Assembly (NCBI GenBank): GCA_043753995.1
Contig: JAYUVP010000279.1
Location: 1 to 46,792, forward strand
DNA: 46,792 nt
Source: Fibrobacterota bacterium
GTDB taxonomy: Bacteria; Fibrobacterota; Fibrobacteria; UBA11236
Direction: 5' to 3'
The stretch's first letter is position 1. Every line of letters starts with the position of its first letter. The notes beneath the pieces are model-generated. The model worked only from the letters and a program-made list of their open reading frames with translations, was not told where the DNA came from and made no database searches. The translations under genes were made by a program, and so were the position numbers. Shown here piece after piece: positions 26,219-36,418 of this stretch.

Positions 26219-27535
26219 ATGTCCGAAGCTTCTCAGCCCTCAACGCCTCCTTCAAAGCCCACCGGTGACCAAAAAGCGAAAGGCTGTGCGCAAGCCATCC
26301 TCCGTGAGTTCTTAGTCCCACTGGGCATGGCCTTGGTCGTGATTCTTTTCGTGATTCAGGCCTTCAAAATTCCTTCGGCATCCATGGAGAATAGCCTCCT
26401 GGTCGGGGACTTTTTGCTGGGTATTAAGTTCCCCTACGGCGCGCCCATTCCATTTACAGACAAGAAAACGCCAGCCTTTATCGATCCCAAGCCAGGCGAC
26501 ATTTTGATTTTCAAATATCCCGGCGATCCCGAAACCCCGGAAAACAACCCGCAGCGCTACCGCTATGTGGTCAATCTTTTTCTCTTTGGCGTGCTTTTTT
26601 ATGATACTCAACCCCCTGCTGGACAAGGGAATTGGGTGCTTTATCAGCGTAAAGATTTCATCAAACGCTGCGTGGCCCAAAGTGGCCAGACCTTGCATAT
26701 CGAAGGCAATACGGTGTCCACCGATGGCAAGCCCTATATCCTGCCGCCTCACGGGAAATACGATGTCAATCGTGGCGAAGATCCGATTCGGGATACCCTC
26801 TCCTTTCGCCTGCCCAAGCCCGGAGAAACTTTAAGGCTCGATACCTTGTCACTGCGCATGGCGATGTGGATACGCTCACTCGCCTTACAGGAAAATCCAG
26901 GCCACCAAGTAGAGCTGAATCTGGATTTGATTCAGGATTCCACCGTCAACAACGACTATGTATTGCCTTATTTAAATGGCAATCCCATGGATCGGCATCA
27001 TGTCAACTTTTACATCTTGCTTCACATCCCCGCGGTGCAGGCTGTGTCCGACAATGTCGAGTTTTTGCATGCCGAAAACGTGCCTTTCCGCGTGATTCGC
27101 GAGGCCGCCAAAACCGGCTTTATGCGCTCCACTGATTTGATGTATCCGAATGGTCAAACGGGGATGACCCGCACGGAAACTTCCGAATATCTCTTGCCGA
27201 ATTATTTCGATTTAGTCGAGCTAAACCTTTTGGGCCAGGCCCAGGCTACCGGGAAGTCCCTGAAAATGCGGGCGTCCTTGTCTATCGATGGAAAGGTGCA
27301 GGACAGCTATACGGTCAAACAGCCTTGTTATTTCATGATGGGCGATAATCGCGACAATAGCAGCGATAGCCGCTATTGGGGTTTGCTATCCCGCGACTTC
27401 GTCAAAGCCAGGGCAGCCATTATTTATTTCTCATTTGAAAACTCCGATGGACTTTTTCAATTGACCAATCCCCTAACATGGCCGCGAATTCCTTTCCGCA
27501 TCCGCTATCTCCGGGTCGGCAAACTCATTGAATGA
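26219..27535 (+). CDS. lepB: Signal peptidase I (long form)
   Basis: TM helix then IPSASME (Ser), GDFL, DFIKRC (Lys), MMGDNRDNSSDSRYWG. Confidence 0.93.
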   Translation: MSEASQPSTPPSKPTGDQKAKGCAQAILREFLVPLGMALVVILFVIQAFKIPSASMENSLLVGDFLLGIKFPYGAPIPFTDKKTPAFIDPKPGDILIFKYPGDPETPENNPQRYRYVVNLFLFGVLFYDTQPPAGQGNWVLYQRKDFIKRCVAQSGQTLHIEGNTVSTDGKPYILPPHGKYDVNRGEDPIRDTLSFRLPKPGETLRLDTLSLRMAMWIRSLALQENPGHQVELNLDLIQDSTVNNDYVLPYLNGNPMDRHHVNFYILLHIPAVQAVSDNVEFLHAENVPFRVIREAAKTGFMRSTDLMYPNGQTGMTRTETSEYLLPNYFDLVELNLLGQAQATGKSLKMRASLSIDGKVQDSYTVKQPCYFMMGDNRDNSSDSRYWGLLSRDFVKARAAIIYFSFENSDGLFQLTNPLTWPRIPFRIRYLRVGKLIE

Positions 27536-29319
27536 TGGCTTTCTCGAGGCAAGGCGCTCGAATTCTTGGCGCCTCGATTTCCTTCGCGGTTTTGGTCTGG
27601 ATGGGCTGCGCCCATGTCGAGGCCCCGCCCGGCGGGCCGCCGGATAAAATCCCGCCTTATGTCGCAGGCATTTTCCCTCAGCCAGGGCAAGTCCAGGTTC
27701 CTCGCGATGTAGCGATTCAGGTTCAGTTTTCGGAGTGGATTAAAGCCGAAGGCTGGCAAGCGCGCATTGTTTTGAATCCTGCCTTGCCAGGTAAATTGCG
27801 CATTGAATCGCAAGGAGAAGGCCTCCTTATCAAGCCCGACAGCTTGTTGCGGGCAAACACAACCTATCGCCTCGTATTGCCAGCCCAAATCAAGGACATG
27901 GCGGGTCTTGGCATGGACAGCGCTTTCAATCTGATTTTCAGCACGGGTCCTGCCCTGGATAGCGGGGCCATTGGCGGTCGAGTATTCGCCACCGATGCCA
28001 CCAAGCTCAATACCGTTTGGGTGGCTCTTTATGCCGAGGCCCGTGAGCAAGCCTTGCCCCGAAGAGGGCAGAAAAAACGGCAGCCATGGCCTGATAGTTC
28101 CGCGAATCCCTGGCGTGAAAAGCCGACCGTGCTTTCCCTATGCGATTCTTCGGGAGCTTTTCGTTTGACTGGTTTAGCCCCGGGTCGTTATGGTCTTATC
28201 GCCTTTGTGGACGCGAATCAAAATCAATTGCCGGATAATAACGAAGCCATGGGAATGGGGTCCGCGGCCATACGTGTCCAGGGGCCTGAGTCACCCATGC
28301 AAAGCCTAAAGCTTGCCACCCAGGATACCTTGCCCATGAAGTTGGCGCAGGTCACCTGGGTGGCCATTACGAATCTGGATAGCGTCCATGTCGCCGGTGC
28401 ATTGAAGGTGCGCTTCTCGCGTCAGCCTGCCTGGCCTCGATCGGTTCAAATCGCTGCCTATTCGGTTTCACAGGGTGAGAAGGGTGAAGAAATCCATCCT
28501 AAAAGCCTTGGGCTTTCCCCGGAAGGCGATATTGAGCTTTGGTTTCCGCGTTTGCCTCGGGGACGCCGCATGACTTTGCGTGTGCGCGGACTTATTGATG
28601 AAGCGGGTCGGGTGCTCGATACCTCGCGAGCTAGCCAGGGCTTTGAAACTCAACCGCGCAGCGATAGCACGCCGAATGCTTTTTCGCTTTGGACGCTGCA
28701 AGGGCAAAATGGAAGACCGCAAACGATTTCCAAAGACGCTACCCTGGCAAGAGAAGCCGTTTTGTTACGAGGCAACTTGCCTATCAGCGATAGTGCCTTC
28801 GCTTCCTTGCAAGCCGAATTGAGCGTACGTGCCGATAGTCTCGTTTTGCCGGTGATCTTGCAACGCCAGGGGGCTTATGGCCTGTCTTTGAATTGGACGG
28901 CGTGGCCTGCGACTGCCAAAAATCTTTATGTTGGGTTGGCCTCCAAGTCCCCATCCGACTCCAACCCACTCGCATCCAAGGTTTCGCCCATTGGCCGGGT
29001 GACTTGGCTTGCTAAGGATCAAGGCGGGGCGGTCAAGATTCTCCTTTCTCCGCGCTATCAAGGTTGGACAGCCTGGTTGACCCGAAATGGAAGCCTGGAT
29101 TTGCGCGTAATACGTCTGCCATCCGTGGAAAACCGAGTGGACAGTTTGATTCCCGGGGTATGGCGCCTTTGGCTTTGGGGCGATCAAGACGGCAATGGTG
29201 CATGGAATTCGGGCCGATTGCATCCCTGGCAAAGCCAGGAGCCTGCAGTGGCATGGCCCGATACCTTGCTAATCAAGGCGGGAGAAGAGGCTAGTCCTAT
29301 TCGCTTGGATGGTCCTTGA
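27532..29319 (+). CDS. Ig-like (Big_5-type) domain lipoprotein
   Basis: Lipobox MGC followed by AHVEAPPGGPPDKIPP, QFSEWI, LRANTTY, FSTG; two G-x-Y/W-x-L...D-x-N/D-x-N segments. Confidence 0.75.
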   Translation: MMAFSRQGARILGASISFAVLVWMGCAHVEAPPGGPPDKIPPYVAGIFPQPGQVQVPRDVAIQVQFSEWIKAEGWQARIVLNPALPGKLRIESQGEGLLIKPDSLLRANTTYRLVLPAQIKDMAGLGMDSAFNLIFSTGPALDSGAIGGRVFATDATKLNTVWVALYAEAREQALPRRGQKKRQPWPDSSANPWREKPTVLSLCDSSGAFRLTGLAPGRYGLIAFVDANQNQLPDNNEAMGMGSAAIRVQGPESPMQSLKLATQDTLPMKLAQVTWVAITNLDSVHVAGALKVRFSRQPAWPRSVQIAAYSVSQGEKGEEIHPKSLGLSPEGDIELWFPRLPRGRRMTLRVRGLIDEAGRVLDTSRASQGFETQPRSDSTPNAFSLWTLQGQNGRPQTISKDATLAREAVLLRGNLPISDSAFASLQAELSVRADSLVLPVILQRQGAYGLSLNWTAWPATAKNLYVGLASKSPSDSNPLASKVSPIGRVTWLAKDQGGAVKILLSPRYQGWTAWLTRNGSLDLRVIRLPSVENRVDSLIPGVWRLWLWGDQDGNGAWNSGRLHPWQSQEPAVAWPDTLLIKAGEEASPIRLDGP

Positions 29320-29446
29320 TTGCGACACTTCGCCACTTGTGTTTTTTACGCTCGCACATTGAAATAATCCGCTTGCGACTCGTGGTTCCGGTTTCATTCT
29401 TGGCGCAGGTGTTTCCCTGGCGCCGGTTGGAGTTATTTTTCTCCCC

Positions 29447-29950
29447 GTGTCGGGCGAATACATTCATCTTGCATCTTCCCTTGAGCGTGACAGTCTGGAA
29501 AGACTGAAGGCCTACCTCGTTCTCCATGGTTTGGAATGCCTTGTGCGCGCCGATGCTGAAGGGGGAGCGAGGGCTTCCTTGGTGGTGGCGAAAAACCAAT
29601 TGGACAAGGCCCAAAAAGTCCTCGATGACTTGGTTTTGGCCGGGGATCCCGAAGGTGCGCACGACGACATTGAAATTGAATTGTCGGGAGAAGAGGGCGG
29701 CGAAATCGCCGCCTGGTTGCAGCTCTTACTAGAAGAGCACGATCAAGATGGGACGCCGATTTATTTCTATCGGCAGCGATATGAAGAGACCCTGGACCTT
29801 TTGCGCAATCAGGGCAAATTGGTCATGTCAGACTATTTAATTCGTGGCCTGCGTCCCTTTTTGCCCGCTCCGGAAAAGCGGCTGATTATGGCTAGGGCCT
29901 TGCAGGAATTCTTTCATATTATCGACGCTGTGGCGTCCGAAGGCGATTGA
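29447..29950 (+). CDS. Hypothetical protein with DUF2007-like N-terminus
   Basis: ERLKAYLVLHGLECLV...LVVAKNQLDKAQKVL matches the DUF2007 pattern by eye. Confidence 0.6.
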   Translation: MSGEYIHLASSLERDSLERLKAYLVLHGLECLVRADAEGGARASLVVAKNQLDKAQKVLDDLVLAGDPEGAHDDIEIELSGEEGGEIAAWLQLLLEEHDQDGTPIYFYRQRYEETLDLLRNQGKLVMSDYLIRGLRPFLPAPEKRLIMARALQEFFHIIDAVASEGD

Positions 29951-29974
29951 AGTCACAACCATGACGGGGTCGGC

Positions 29975-31561
29975 GTGGGCGTAGTCTCGGAAAAGCCGTC
30001 GGCAAGCATTGTTTTGAGTGAAACAACCGACGCGCGTTATCAAATCATCAAAATTCTCGGACAAGGCGGTTCCGCCGACGTCTTTTTAGCCCAACATATC
30101 GCCTTAGGCGAAATGAGAGTGCTCAAAATCCTTCACCAGGAAATGGTGATGGATCCCAAGCGTCGCAGCAAATTCTTTCTCGAAGCTCAGCTTGCGGCCC
30201 ATCTCAAACATCCCTCCATCGTTCACATTCATGATGTGACGCAAAGCGGCCACAAGCTGCAAATCGAGATGGAATACATTGATGGCTGGAGCCTGCGCCA
30301 GCAATTGGAGCAAAGAGGCCATTTCCCCCAGCCCATAGCCCTAGCCATAGTGGTGGGCGTATTGGAAGGCTTGGAGCATGCGCATCATGCCCGGCTAACC
30401 TTCGATCATGTCGAATTCGATGGCGTGATTCATCGCGATCTTAAGCCGGAAAACATTTTGATCCGCAAAAGTGGGCAGCCGGTCATTTGTGATTTTGGTG
30501 TGGCCAAGCTCGGTGCCGACCTGCATAGCATGACGCAAAATATCAGCGGTAGTGTGGCCTATATGGCTCCCGAGCGTTTGCGCGGTGAGGTCAGTACTCG
30601 GTCCATTGATATTTTCGCCATGGGCGTCATTTTCTATGAAATTCTGAAAGGCTCGCGACCCTTTCCCAGCCGCAATCAAGGCGAGGCCATCGAAAGTCTT
30701 TTGCAATGGCGCTTGGTGGATTTGACCGCCGAATTACAAGGTTTTGACGATGGCATCGTGCAAGTCCTCCGCAAGGCCATGGCTCGCGAAAGCAGCCAGC
30801 GTTACCAAGACGCATCGCAAATGCTGGATGCCTTGCGTCCCATTTATCGCCTATACCACGGGGACAGCACTCCGGATCAAGTACTCAAGTCCTATCTCAC
30901 CACCGGCCAATTCACCACGGCCGAATTTCGCGCCTTGCTTCCCGATGAGGGTTCGTCGAAACGGTGGATGGCCCTGGCCTTAGGCGCGGCAATTTTGGTC
31001 GTCGGTGGCACCGTGACCTATAGCCAGTTTCGCGCTAAGGGCGAAAAGGCGGCAGCAATGGTTGCGGGAACGGCCCGACCCGCGGACATGCAAAGCCTGC
31101 TCCAACAAGGCGATTTGGCCGGAGCCCGTCGAGTCGTTGAGGCTTTGTCCAAGAGCGAAGATCGTCAAAACGGATTTTTCACTCTCGCCCAGGCCTATTT
31201 GGATCATGGTGATCCCGGCAATGCCTTGCTACTCACCCACAAAGCTTTGGAATTGGGCTTTCATCCCACCATAGCGGCCTTGCGCGCCGAGATCTACCTG
31301 GATCAGGCCATGCCCAAAATGGCGCAAAGCGATTTAGAGCAAATCGACCCCTGGTTGCCCAAAATGGCAGCCGACAATCAGGCTCAATGCCATTGGTTAC
31401 GCGCCAGGCTGGAAACGGAATTGATGTCCCAGCAACCCCCGGCGGGAAACCGAAACCGAGCCATTTCCGCGTTGAAAAGCTATCTCCGCCTCGATAGCCA
31501 GGATGCCTTGGGACACCATCAGGATGCCTTGGCCCAATTGAAAAGATTGTCAGGACGTTAA
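29975..31561 (+). CDS. Hanks-type Ser/Thr protein kinase with TM helix and TPR-like C-terminus
   Basis: LGQGG, VLK, EAQ, HRDLKPEN, DFG, YMAPE, DIFAMG; TM WMALALGAAILVVGGTVTY; helical repeats after the TM. Confidence 0.92.
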   Translation: MGVVSEKPSASIVLSETTDARYQIIKILGQGGSADVFLAQHIALGEMRVLKILHQEMVMDPKRRSKFFLEAQLAAHLKHPSIVHIHDVTQSGHKLQIEMEYIDGWSLRQQLEQRGHFPQPIALAIVVGVLEGLEHAHHARLTFDHVEFDGVIHRDLKPENILIRKSGQPVICDFGVAKLGADLHSMTQNISGSVAYMAPERLRGEVSTRSIDIFAMGVIFYEILKGSRPFPSRNQGEAIESLLQWRLVDLTAELQGFDDGIVQVLRKAMARESSQRYQDASQMLDALRPIYRLYHGDSTPDQVLKSYLTTGQFTTAEFRALLPDEGSSKRWMALALGAAILVVGGTVTYSQFRAKGEKAAAMVAGTARPADMQSLLQQGDLAGARRVVEALSKSEDRQNGFFTLAQAYLDHGDPGNALLLTHKALELGFHPTIAALRAEIYLDQAMPKMAQSDLEQIDPWLPKMAADNQAQCHWLRARLETELMSQQPPAGNRNRAISALKSYLRLDSQDALGHHQDALAQLKRLSGR

Positions 31562-34273
31562 ATGCAATTATTGCGCGAATTTGTCGCCTTTGATTTGGAA
31601 ACCACCGGCCTCTCGCCCGATGCCGACAGTCTATTGGAAATCGGAGCCGTTCGCGTCAAGGATGGCGAATTGGGCGAAAGATTTGCGCAAGTCGTGAAAC
31701 CTCGCACCCCTGTTTCTGCCTTGGCTCGACATATGACCGGGCTGACCGAAACCGAATTGACCCAAGGCGGCGAAGCCGCCGATGTGCTAAAAGCCTTTTT
31801 GGAGTTTGCTGGCACGACACCCTTGGTGGCGCACAATTCTGATTTTGACCTGACGTTTTTGCGAGCAGAATTGACCCGGGCCGGAATGGAAATTCCGGCA
31901 TTCACGGGCTTCGACACACTGTTATTGGCCCGCATGGCGTGGCCTCTATGGCCCAATCACAAGCTCGAATCCATTGCCCAGCGCCTGGATTTGCCCCAGG
32001 GCCGTGGCCATCGTGCCTTGCCGGATGCCGAATGGGCCGCGCTGACCTGGATACAAGGCGAGAAAGCCCTCCTGGGTCAAACCACGACCCAAGCTCTAGA
32101 TTATTTGCTGGCAAAAGCTCCCGCGCCCTGGCCGCTACTGGCCGATGCCGTGAGCGCCCCTGAAGCCCTGCCCTGGAAGTCACCCTTGGCTGCCGTTGCT
32201 TCTGCAGGGAAGTCCTCTTTGCCTGATGGATGGTGGAAAGAGGGGGGCGTCTTAGCTCAAGCTTTGGGCGATTCGAGCCAAACAGAATGGCCCGATAAAT
32301 TGCTGACGGAATTGCACCGCGCCTTGCATGATGGACGTTGGAGTTCCTTGGAGAGCTCGGATCCTCGTCTCCTGACCTTAGCCTTGGCTGCGGCTTTGGC
32401 GCATGCCGTGGCCTCCGGCAAAAGGGTGCTCGTCGTGGTTCCCGATTTGCGCGTCGAAGAGGCTTTGGTAACGACATCGCAATCGCATGTCACGCAGGCT
32501 TTTGGATTCACCCCTCGCGTGCAAGTCTTGCGCGAACCGGATGGCTATTTCAGTCCGTCACGTTGCCGTGATTTTTTAAGCCGCGCCGAGGTCAGCTTCA
32601 GCGCCGAAGAACGCTTGCACATGCTGCCTCTATTAGCTTGGGGGCTGGCCACCGAAACCGGCGACATGGCGATTTTCCCCGGCATTGCGGCGGAACGTTT
32701 TCGACCCCTTGGGCTCAAGGTCACGGCCACCGGCTATGGCCCCGATGAGGTTTTTGCCCATGCGGCTCGAATGTCTGCCGAGCGCGCCCAGGTCATCGTG
32801 GTGCGTCACGACACCTTTTTGCGCGATCTCGAATTGGAAGGAGCCTTGATTCCCGCCGTAGATGGCGTTTTAATTCTGGATGCGCATCGCCTGACCGAAA
32901 CCATGGAATCGATATCGGGGCGTGAAATCAGCTTTTTCCGTGTTCGCCATGCCTTGCAGTTGATTGCCGCTTCCGCTGAGGAGCCCGTGGGTTTGGCCAC
33001 GTGGTTGCAAGCATTGGCCTCTGAGAGGGCATGGCCCTCCGAAGCCGCTCCTATCATCTCGGCCTTGCCGGAAAAAGCGGGGCTCGCGGAAAAATCGGTT
33101 CAGCGTTGGTTAGCGAAAATAGGCAGGCAAGTCGAGAAACGGGCCAAGGCGGGAGAGTCACGCGTGCGTTACCGCGAGCGCTTGGCCATCGAATTTTCCG
33201 CTCCCGAAGCGCCCGTACTGGAATCCCTGCAAGCCTTGCTCGATGATCTGCAGGCCGTCTCCCAGCTTTTGTCGAGTATCGCGCCGTCGCCGGATTTGTC
33301 GGCCGAGCATAAGGCGGACCGTGAAAGCGCCATCAAGGAATTGGGTCGACTTGCTGCCCGGCTTGGCGAGATCAAGACCTTGGTTTCGCGCATCTCAAAT
33401 CCAGGCGAGACGGAGGTGGCTTGGATCGAAGAATATCAGAACCCACATAAAATCCGTTTGCGCTTACGCTCGCTTTTAGCTTCGACTCATTTCGTGGAAA
33501 AGCTGACGAATTTGCATCGCGGTGGAGCCGCCTTGGGTTCGGTCCTTAGCCTAGGGGACGGCACTCAAAAACTATTCTCCAGGCGTTTCGGTTTTGCCTT
33601 TATGGGTAAGCCGGTCCGTTATGTTGTGGAGGCACCGGCAGCGGGTGAGCGTTTGGCCTTGCTGGCCCCTTTCGCACCCTCTCCTCAAGGCGCTGAATCC
33701 GCAAAACCATTGGGTGAATTGCTGGCTCAGGTTTTGGCTGAATTTGAAGTGCCAACTGCGCTTTTCGCTCCCAGCCATACCTTGATCAAATCCCTGCGTG
33801 AAAGCCTGACGCGCTTGCTTCCCGGCCGTACCGTTATTGGCCAGGGCATTGATGGTCAGCGGGATGCCTTGACCTATTTGTATAAGCAGGTGAAAGCGCC
33901 AATAATTTTGGCCCAAGAATGGTCCCCTGATTGGATGGATGCCGAAGGGCACCGTCCCCAGCTTTTAATAGTTGCGCGCATCCCCTTTGCACCCCCTTCC
34001 GATCCCATGATTGCTGCCCGAAGCGAGCGCATGCAACAGGACGGTGTGCATCCGCTTTTCGAGCTTCTCGTTCCTGAAGCCGGAGCTCGCCTCAAGGAAA
34101 CCGTGCAACGCGTACGGCAACCCGGTTTACGCCAAGTGATTTGGGTTTTAGACCCTAGGGCCGCCCGCGAGCGTTATGGCACCTTTTTAGTGCGAGGATT
34201 GGCGGCGGAATCGCGTACTTGCGTCGATGCCGACAACCTGTTGAGCGAGTCGCGTCAGTGGCTCACGACCTGA
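31562..34273 (+). CDS. DEDDh (DnaQ-like) exonuclease fused to a degenerate DinG-like helicase body
   Basis: Intact FDLETTG, AHNSDFD, HRALPDA; the rest follows the DinG layout (AWIE, LFAPSH, ARIPFAPPSDPMIAAR, WVLDPR...YG) but with eroded motifs. Confidence 0.82.
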   Translation: MQLLREFVAFDLETTGLSPDADSLLEIGAVRVKDGELGERFAQVVKPRTPVSALARHMTGLTETELTQGGEAADVLKAFLEFAGTTPLVAHNSDFDLTFLRAELTRAGMEIPAFTGFDTLLLARMAWPLWPNHKLESIAQRLDLPQGRGHRALPDAEWAALTWIQGEKALLGQTTTQALDYLLAKAPAPWPLLADAVSAPEALPWKSPLAAVASAGKSSLPDGWWKEGGVLAQALGDSSQTEWPDKLLTELHRALHDGRWSSLESSDPRLLTLALAAALAHAVASGKRVLVVVPDLRVEEALVTTSQSHVTQAFGFTPRVQVLREPDGYFSPSRCRDFLSRAEVSFSAEERLHMLPLLAWGLATETGDMAIFPGIAAERFRPLGLKVTATGYGPDEVFAHAARMSAERAQVIVVRHDTFLRDLELEGALIPAVDGVLILDAHRLTETMESISGREISFFRVRHALQLIAASAEEPVGLATWLQALASERAWPSEAAPIISALPEKAGLAEKSVQRWLAKIGRQVEKRAKAGESRVRYRERLAIEFSAPEAPVLESLQALLDDLQAVSQLLSSIAPSPDLSAEHKADRESAIKELGRLAARLGEIKTLVSRISNPGETEVAWIEEYQNPHKIRLRLRSLLASTHFVEKLTNLHRGGAALGSVLSLGDGTQKLFSRRFGFAFMGKPVRYVVEAPAAGERLALLAPFAPSPQGAESAKPLGELLAQVLAEFEVPTALFAPSHTLIKSLRESLTRLLPGRTVIGQGIDGQRDALTYLYKQVKAPIILAQEWSPDWMDAEGHRPQLLIVARIPFAPPSDPMIAARSERMQQDGVHPLFELLVPEAGARLKETVQRVRQPGLRQVIWVLDPRAARERYGTFLVRGLAAESRTCVDADNLLSESRQWLTT

Positions 34274-34292
34274 TTTTCCTAGCTTGAGGGGC

Positions 34293-34835
34293 ATGCAAAC
34301 CTGGCTTGACGCCTTGTCTGGCGCCTTCCTATTCCTGCGGCCATTCTCGTCCTGGAGTGCCCGGCTTGCCTTAGGCATGGCCGCCGCGTTTTACTTGTCG
34401 GCCTGCTATACCTTTTCGGGAACCACCTTGCCGGCGCATTTGCGCACCCTTCGCATTTTGCCCGTCACCAATCAAACCTTGGAGTCCTCCCTGGCCGATC
34501 GCATTGCCCAGGGATTGGAAGACGGATTTCGCCAACGCACGAATTTGCGCCGGGTGAATGATGGCGGCGATGCCGAATTAGCCACCGTATTGAAATCCTA
34601 TGCCCATAGACCGCAGTCGACCAGTGGCGATCGGGTGACGACTTATCGCGTCGACTTGCTTCTGGGCGTCACCTTTGTCGATCGTGTCAATGGAGACACC
34701 TTGTATCGCGACGATCAAGTGCCCGGTTATGGCTTATATGCCATCGATAAAGGCGAAACCGAGGAAACCGGGCAAAAAGCCGCCATTGAAAATGCGGTCA
34801 AGGTCGTGCTCGATCACGCTGTCTCGGGCTGGTAA
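34293..34835 (+). CDS. lptE: LPS assembly lipoprotein LptE-like
   Basis: Lipobox LSAC-YTFSG, LPAHLRTLRI...NQT, ADAEL-like segment, C-terminal helix ending in W. Confidence 0.72.
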   Translation: MQTWLDALSGAFLFLRPFSSWSARLALGMAAAFYLSACYTFSGTTLPAHLRTLRILPVTNQTLESSLADRIAQGLEDGFRQRTNLRRVNDGGDAELATVLKSYAHRPQSTSGDRVTTYRVDLLLGVTFVDRVNGDTLYRDDQVPGYGLYAIDKGETEETGQKAAIENAVKVVLDHAVSGW

Positions 34836-34876
34836 GTTTTTTTCACACTTCTTTTACTTCAACCTTTGCGAAAACC

Positions 34877-35722
34877 ATGGCTTCCATACCCTTTATCAAA
34901 ATGCATGGCACCGGCAATGACTATGTCTATGTCGACGCCATCAAGCATGCCATTTCTAATCCTTCAGCCTTAGCCGAAACCATGTCGCATCGTCGCTTCG
35001 GCGTCGGCGGCGACGGCCTCATTCTCATCAAGTCGCATCCCGGCGCCGATGGCGAAATGGACATGTACAATGCCGATGGCTCTCGATCGGAAATGTGCGG
35101 CAATGGCTTGCGTTGCGTGGCTAAATACCTGCATGACCATTATCATCGCGGCAAAGACGTGCTCAAGCTCATGACTGGCGCAGGCTGGCGCGAGGCGCGC
35201 ATCGTAGCCCGCGACCATAAAGGTTTGGCCACCTCCATTCAAATCGATATGGGCAAGCCCATTCTAGCAGGCTTGCAAATCCCTACGACCCTGGATTTAC
35301 CCGAAGTCTTCGAGCAAAAGCTCAAGGCAGGCGATCGCGAATTCAGCTTCAGTTCCGTGTCCATGGGCAATCCGCATTGCGTGATTTTCGTCGACGACAT
35401 AGCGAGTTTTCCTGTGGAGACCTATGGTCCCCTGATTGAAAATCATGGCTTATTTCCTCGTCGTGTGAATGTCGAATTCGTTCAAGTGCTGAATCGAGAA
35501 GAAGTCAAGCAGCGCACTTGGGAAAGAGGATCGGGCGAGACTTGGGCTTGCGGCACCGGCGCAGCCGCGGTCGCCGTGGTTTGCCATAAACTCGGAAGAA
35601 CCGAGAAAAAAATCACCATCCATCTCACCGGCGGAGATTTGCATCTCGAATATCCGGGAGAAGGTTCGGTTTTGCTCACCGGCAATGCGGTAGAGGTTTT
35701 TCGCGGCGATTGGCCCGCCTGA
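34877..35722 (+). CDS. dapF: Diaminopimelate epimerase
   Basis: KMHGTGNDY, GVGGDG, NADGS.SEMCGNG, SMGNPH, NVEF, WERGSGETWACGTG. Confidence 0.96.
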   Translation: MASIPFIKMHGTGNDYVYVDAIKHAISNPSALAETMSHRRFGVGGDGLILIKSHPGADGEMDMYNADGSRSEMCGNGLRCVAKYLHDHYHRGKDVLKLMTGAGWREARIVARDHKGLATSIQIDMGKPILAGLQIPTTLDLPEVFEQKLKAGDREFSFSSVSMGNPHCVIFVDDIASFPVETYGPLIENHGLFPRRVNVEFVQVLNREEVKQRTWERGSGETWACGTGAAAVAVVCHKLGRTEKKITIHLTGGDLHLEYPGEGSVLLTGNAVEVFRGDWPA

Positions 35723-35731
35723 GCCCTAATT

Positions 35732-36418
35732 TCACCCCACGAATTTATAACCCTCGCCATGTATCGATAAGATCAGGCGGGGGTTCTTAGGATTTTCTTC
35801 GAAGTATTTTCGCAATTGCACGATGTGATTGTCGACTGTGCGGCTCTGTATATAACCAGTGATGCCCCAAACCTTTTGCAAGAGCTCCTCGCGCGAAATC
35901 ACCTGGCCGCGTTTTTCCCAGAATAGTTTCATGATCATGGCCTCCTTGTAAGAGAGGCGGAAAGTCTTGCCCTTGGCATTCGCTTCGAAAGTGTCGAAGC
36001 GAATGTGGTTACTGCCGAAGCGGGCTTCGTCGCCTGGCTCACGCTGCACCAGCCACGAGCGTCCCCGGAGCAAGGAGCGTATGCGCGCGAGCAATACGGT
36101 CAAATCAAAAGGCTTGGATAAAAAATCGTCGGCCCCGGCATCGAGTCCTTCGATCATGTCTTCCTTGGCTTCGCGCGCCGTTAACAGCAAAACGGGTACC
36201 GCGACCTGATCGGCGCGTATGGTTTTCAGCACTTCGATGCCATCGAGGCCGGGTAACATCCAATCGAGCAAAACGAGATCGAATCCCGATTCGCGCAAAG
36301 CCTTCAGGCCGCTTTCACCGTCTTGGCAAAGCACCACGTCATAACCCTCGGAGCGCAAATTGTATTCCAGCCCCATGGCCATGCTATTGTCGTCTTCGAT
36401 GAGGAGAATTCTCGTCAT
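35732..36418 (-). CDS. OmpR/PhoB family response regulator
   Basis: REC domain (LIEDD, LDWMLPG, GADDFLSKPF) plus winged helix (SREELLQKVWG, SRTVDNHI, GEGYKF). Confidence 0.93.
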   Translation of the reverse strand: MTRILLIEDDNSMAMGLEYNLRSEGYDVVLCQDGESGLKALRESGFDLVLLDWMLPGLDGIEVLKTIRADQVAVPVLLLTAREAKEDMIEGLDAGADDFLSKPFDLTVLLARIRSLLRGRSWLVQREPGDEARFGSNHIRFDTFEANAKGKTFRLSYKEAMIMKLFWEKRGQVISREELLQKVWGITGYIQSRTVDNHIVQLRKYFEENPKNPRLILSIHGEGYKFVG

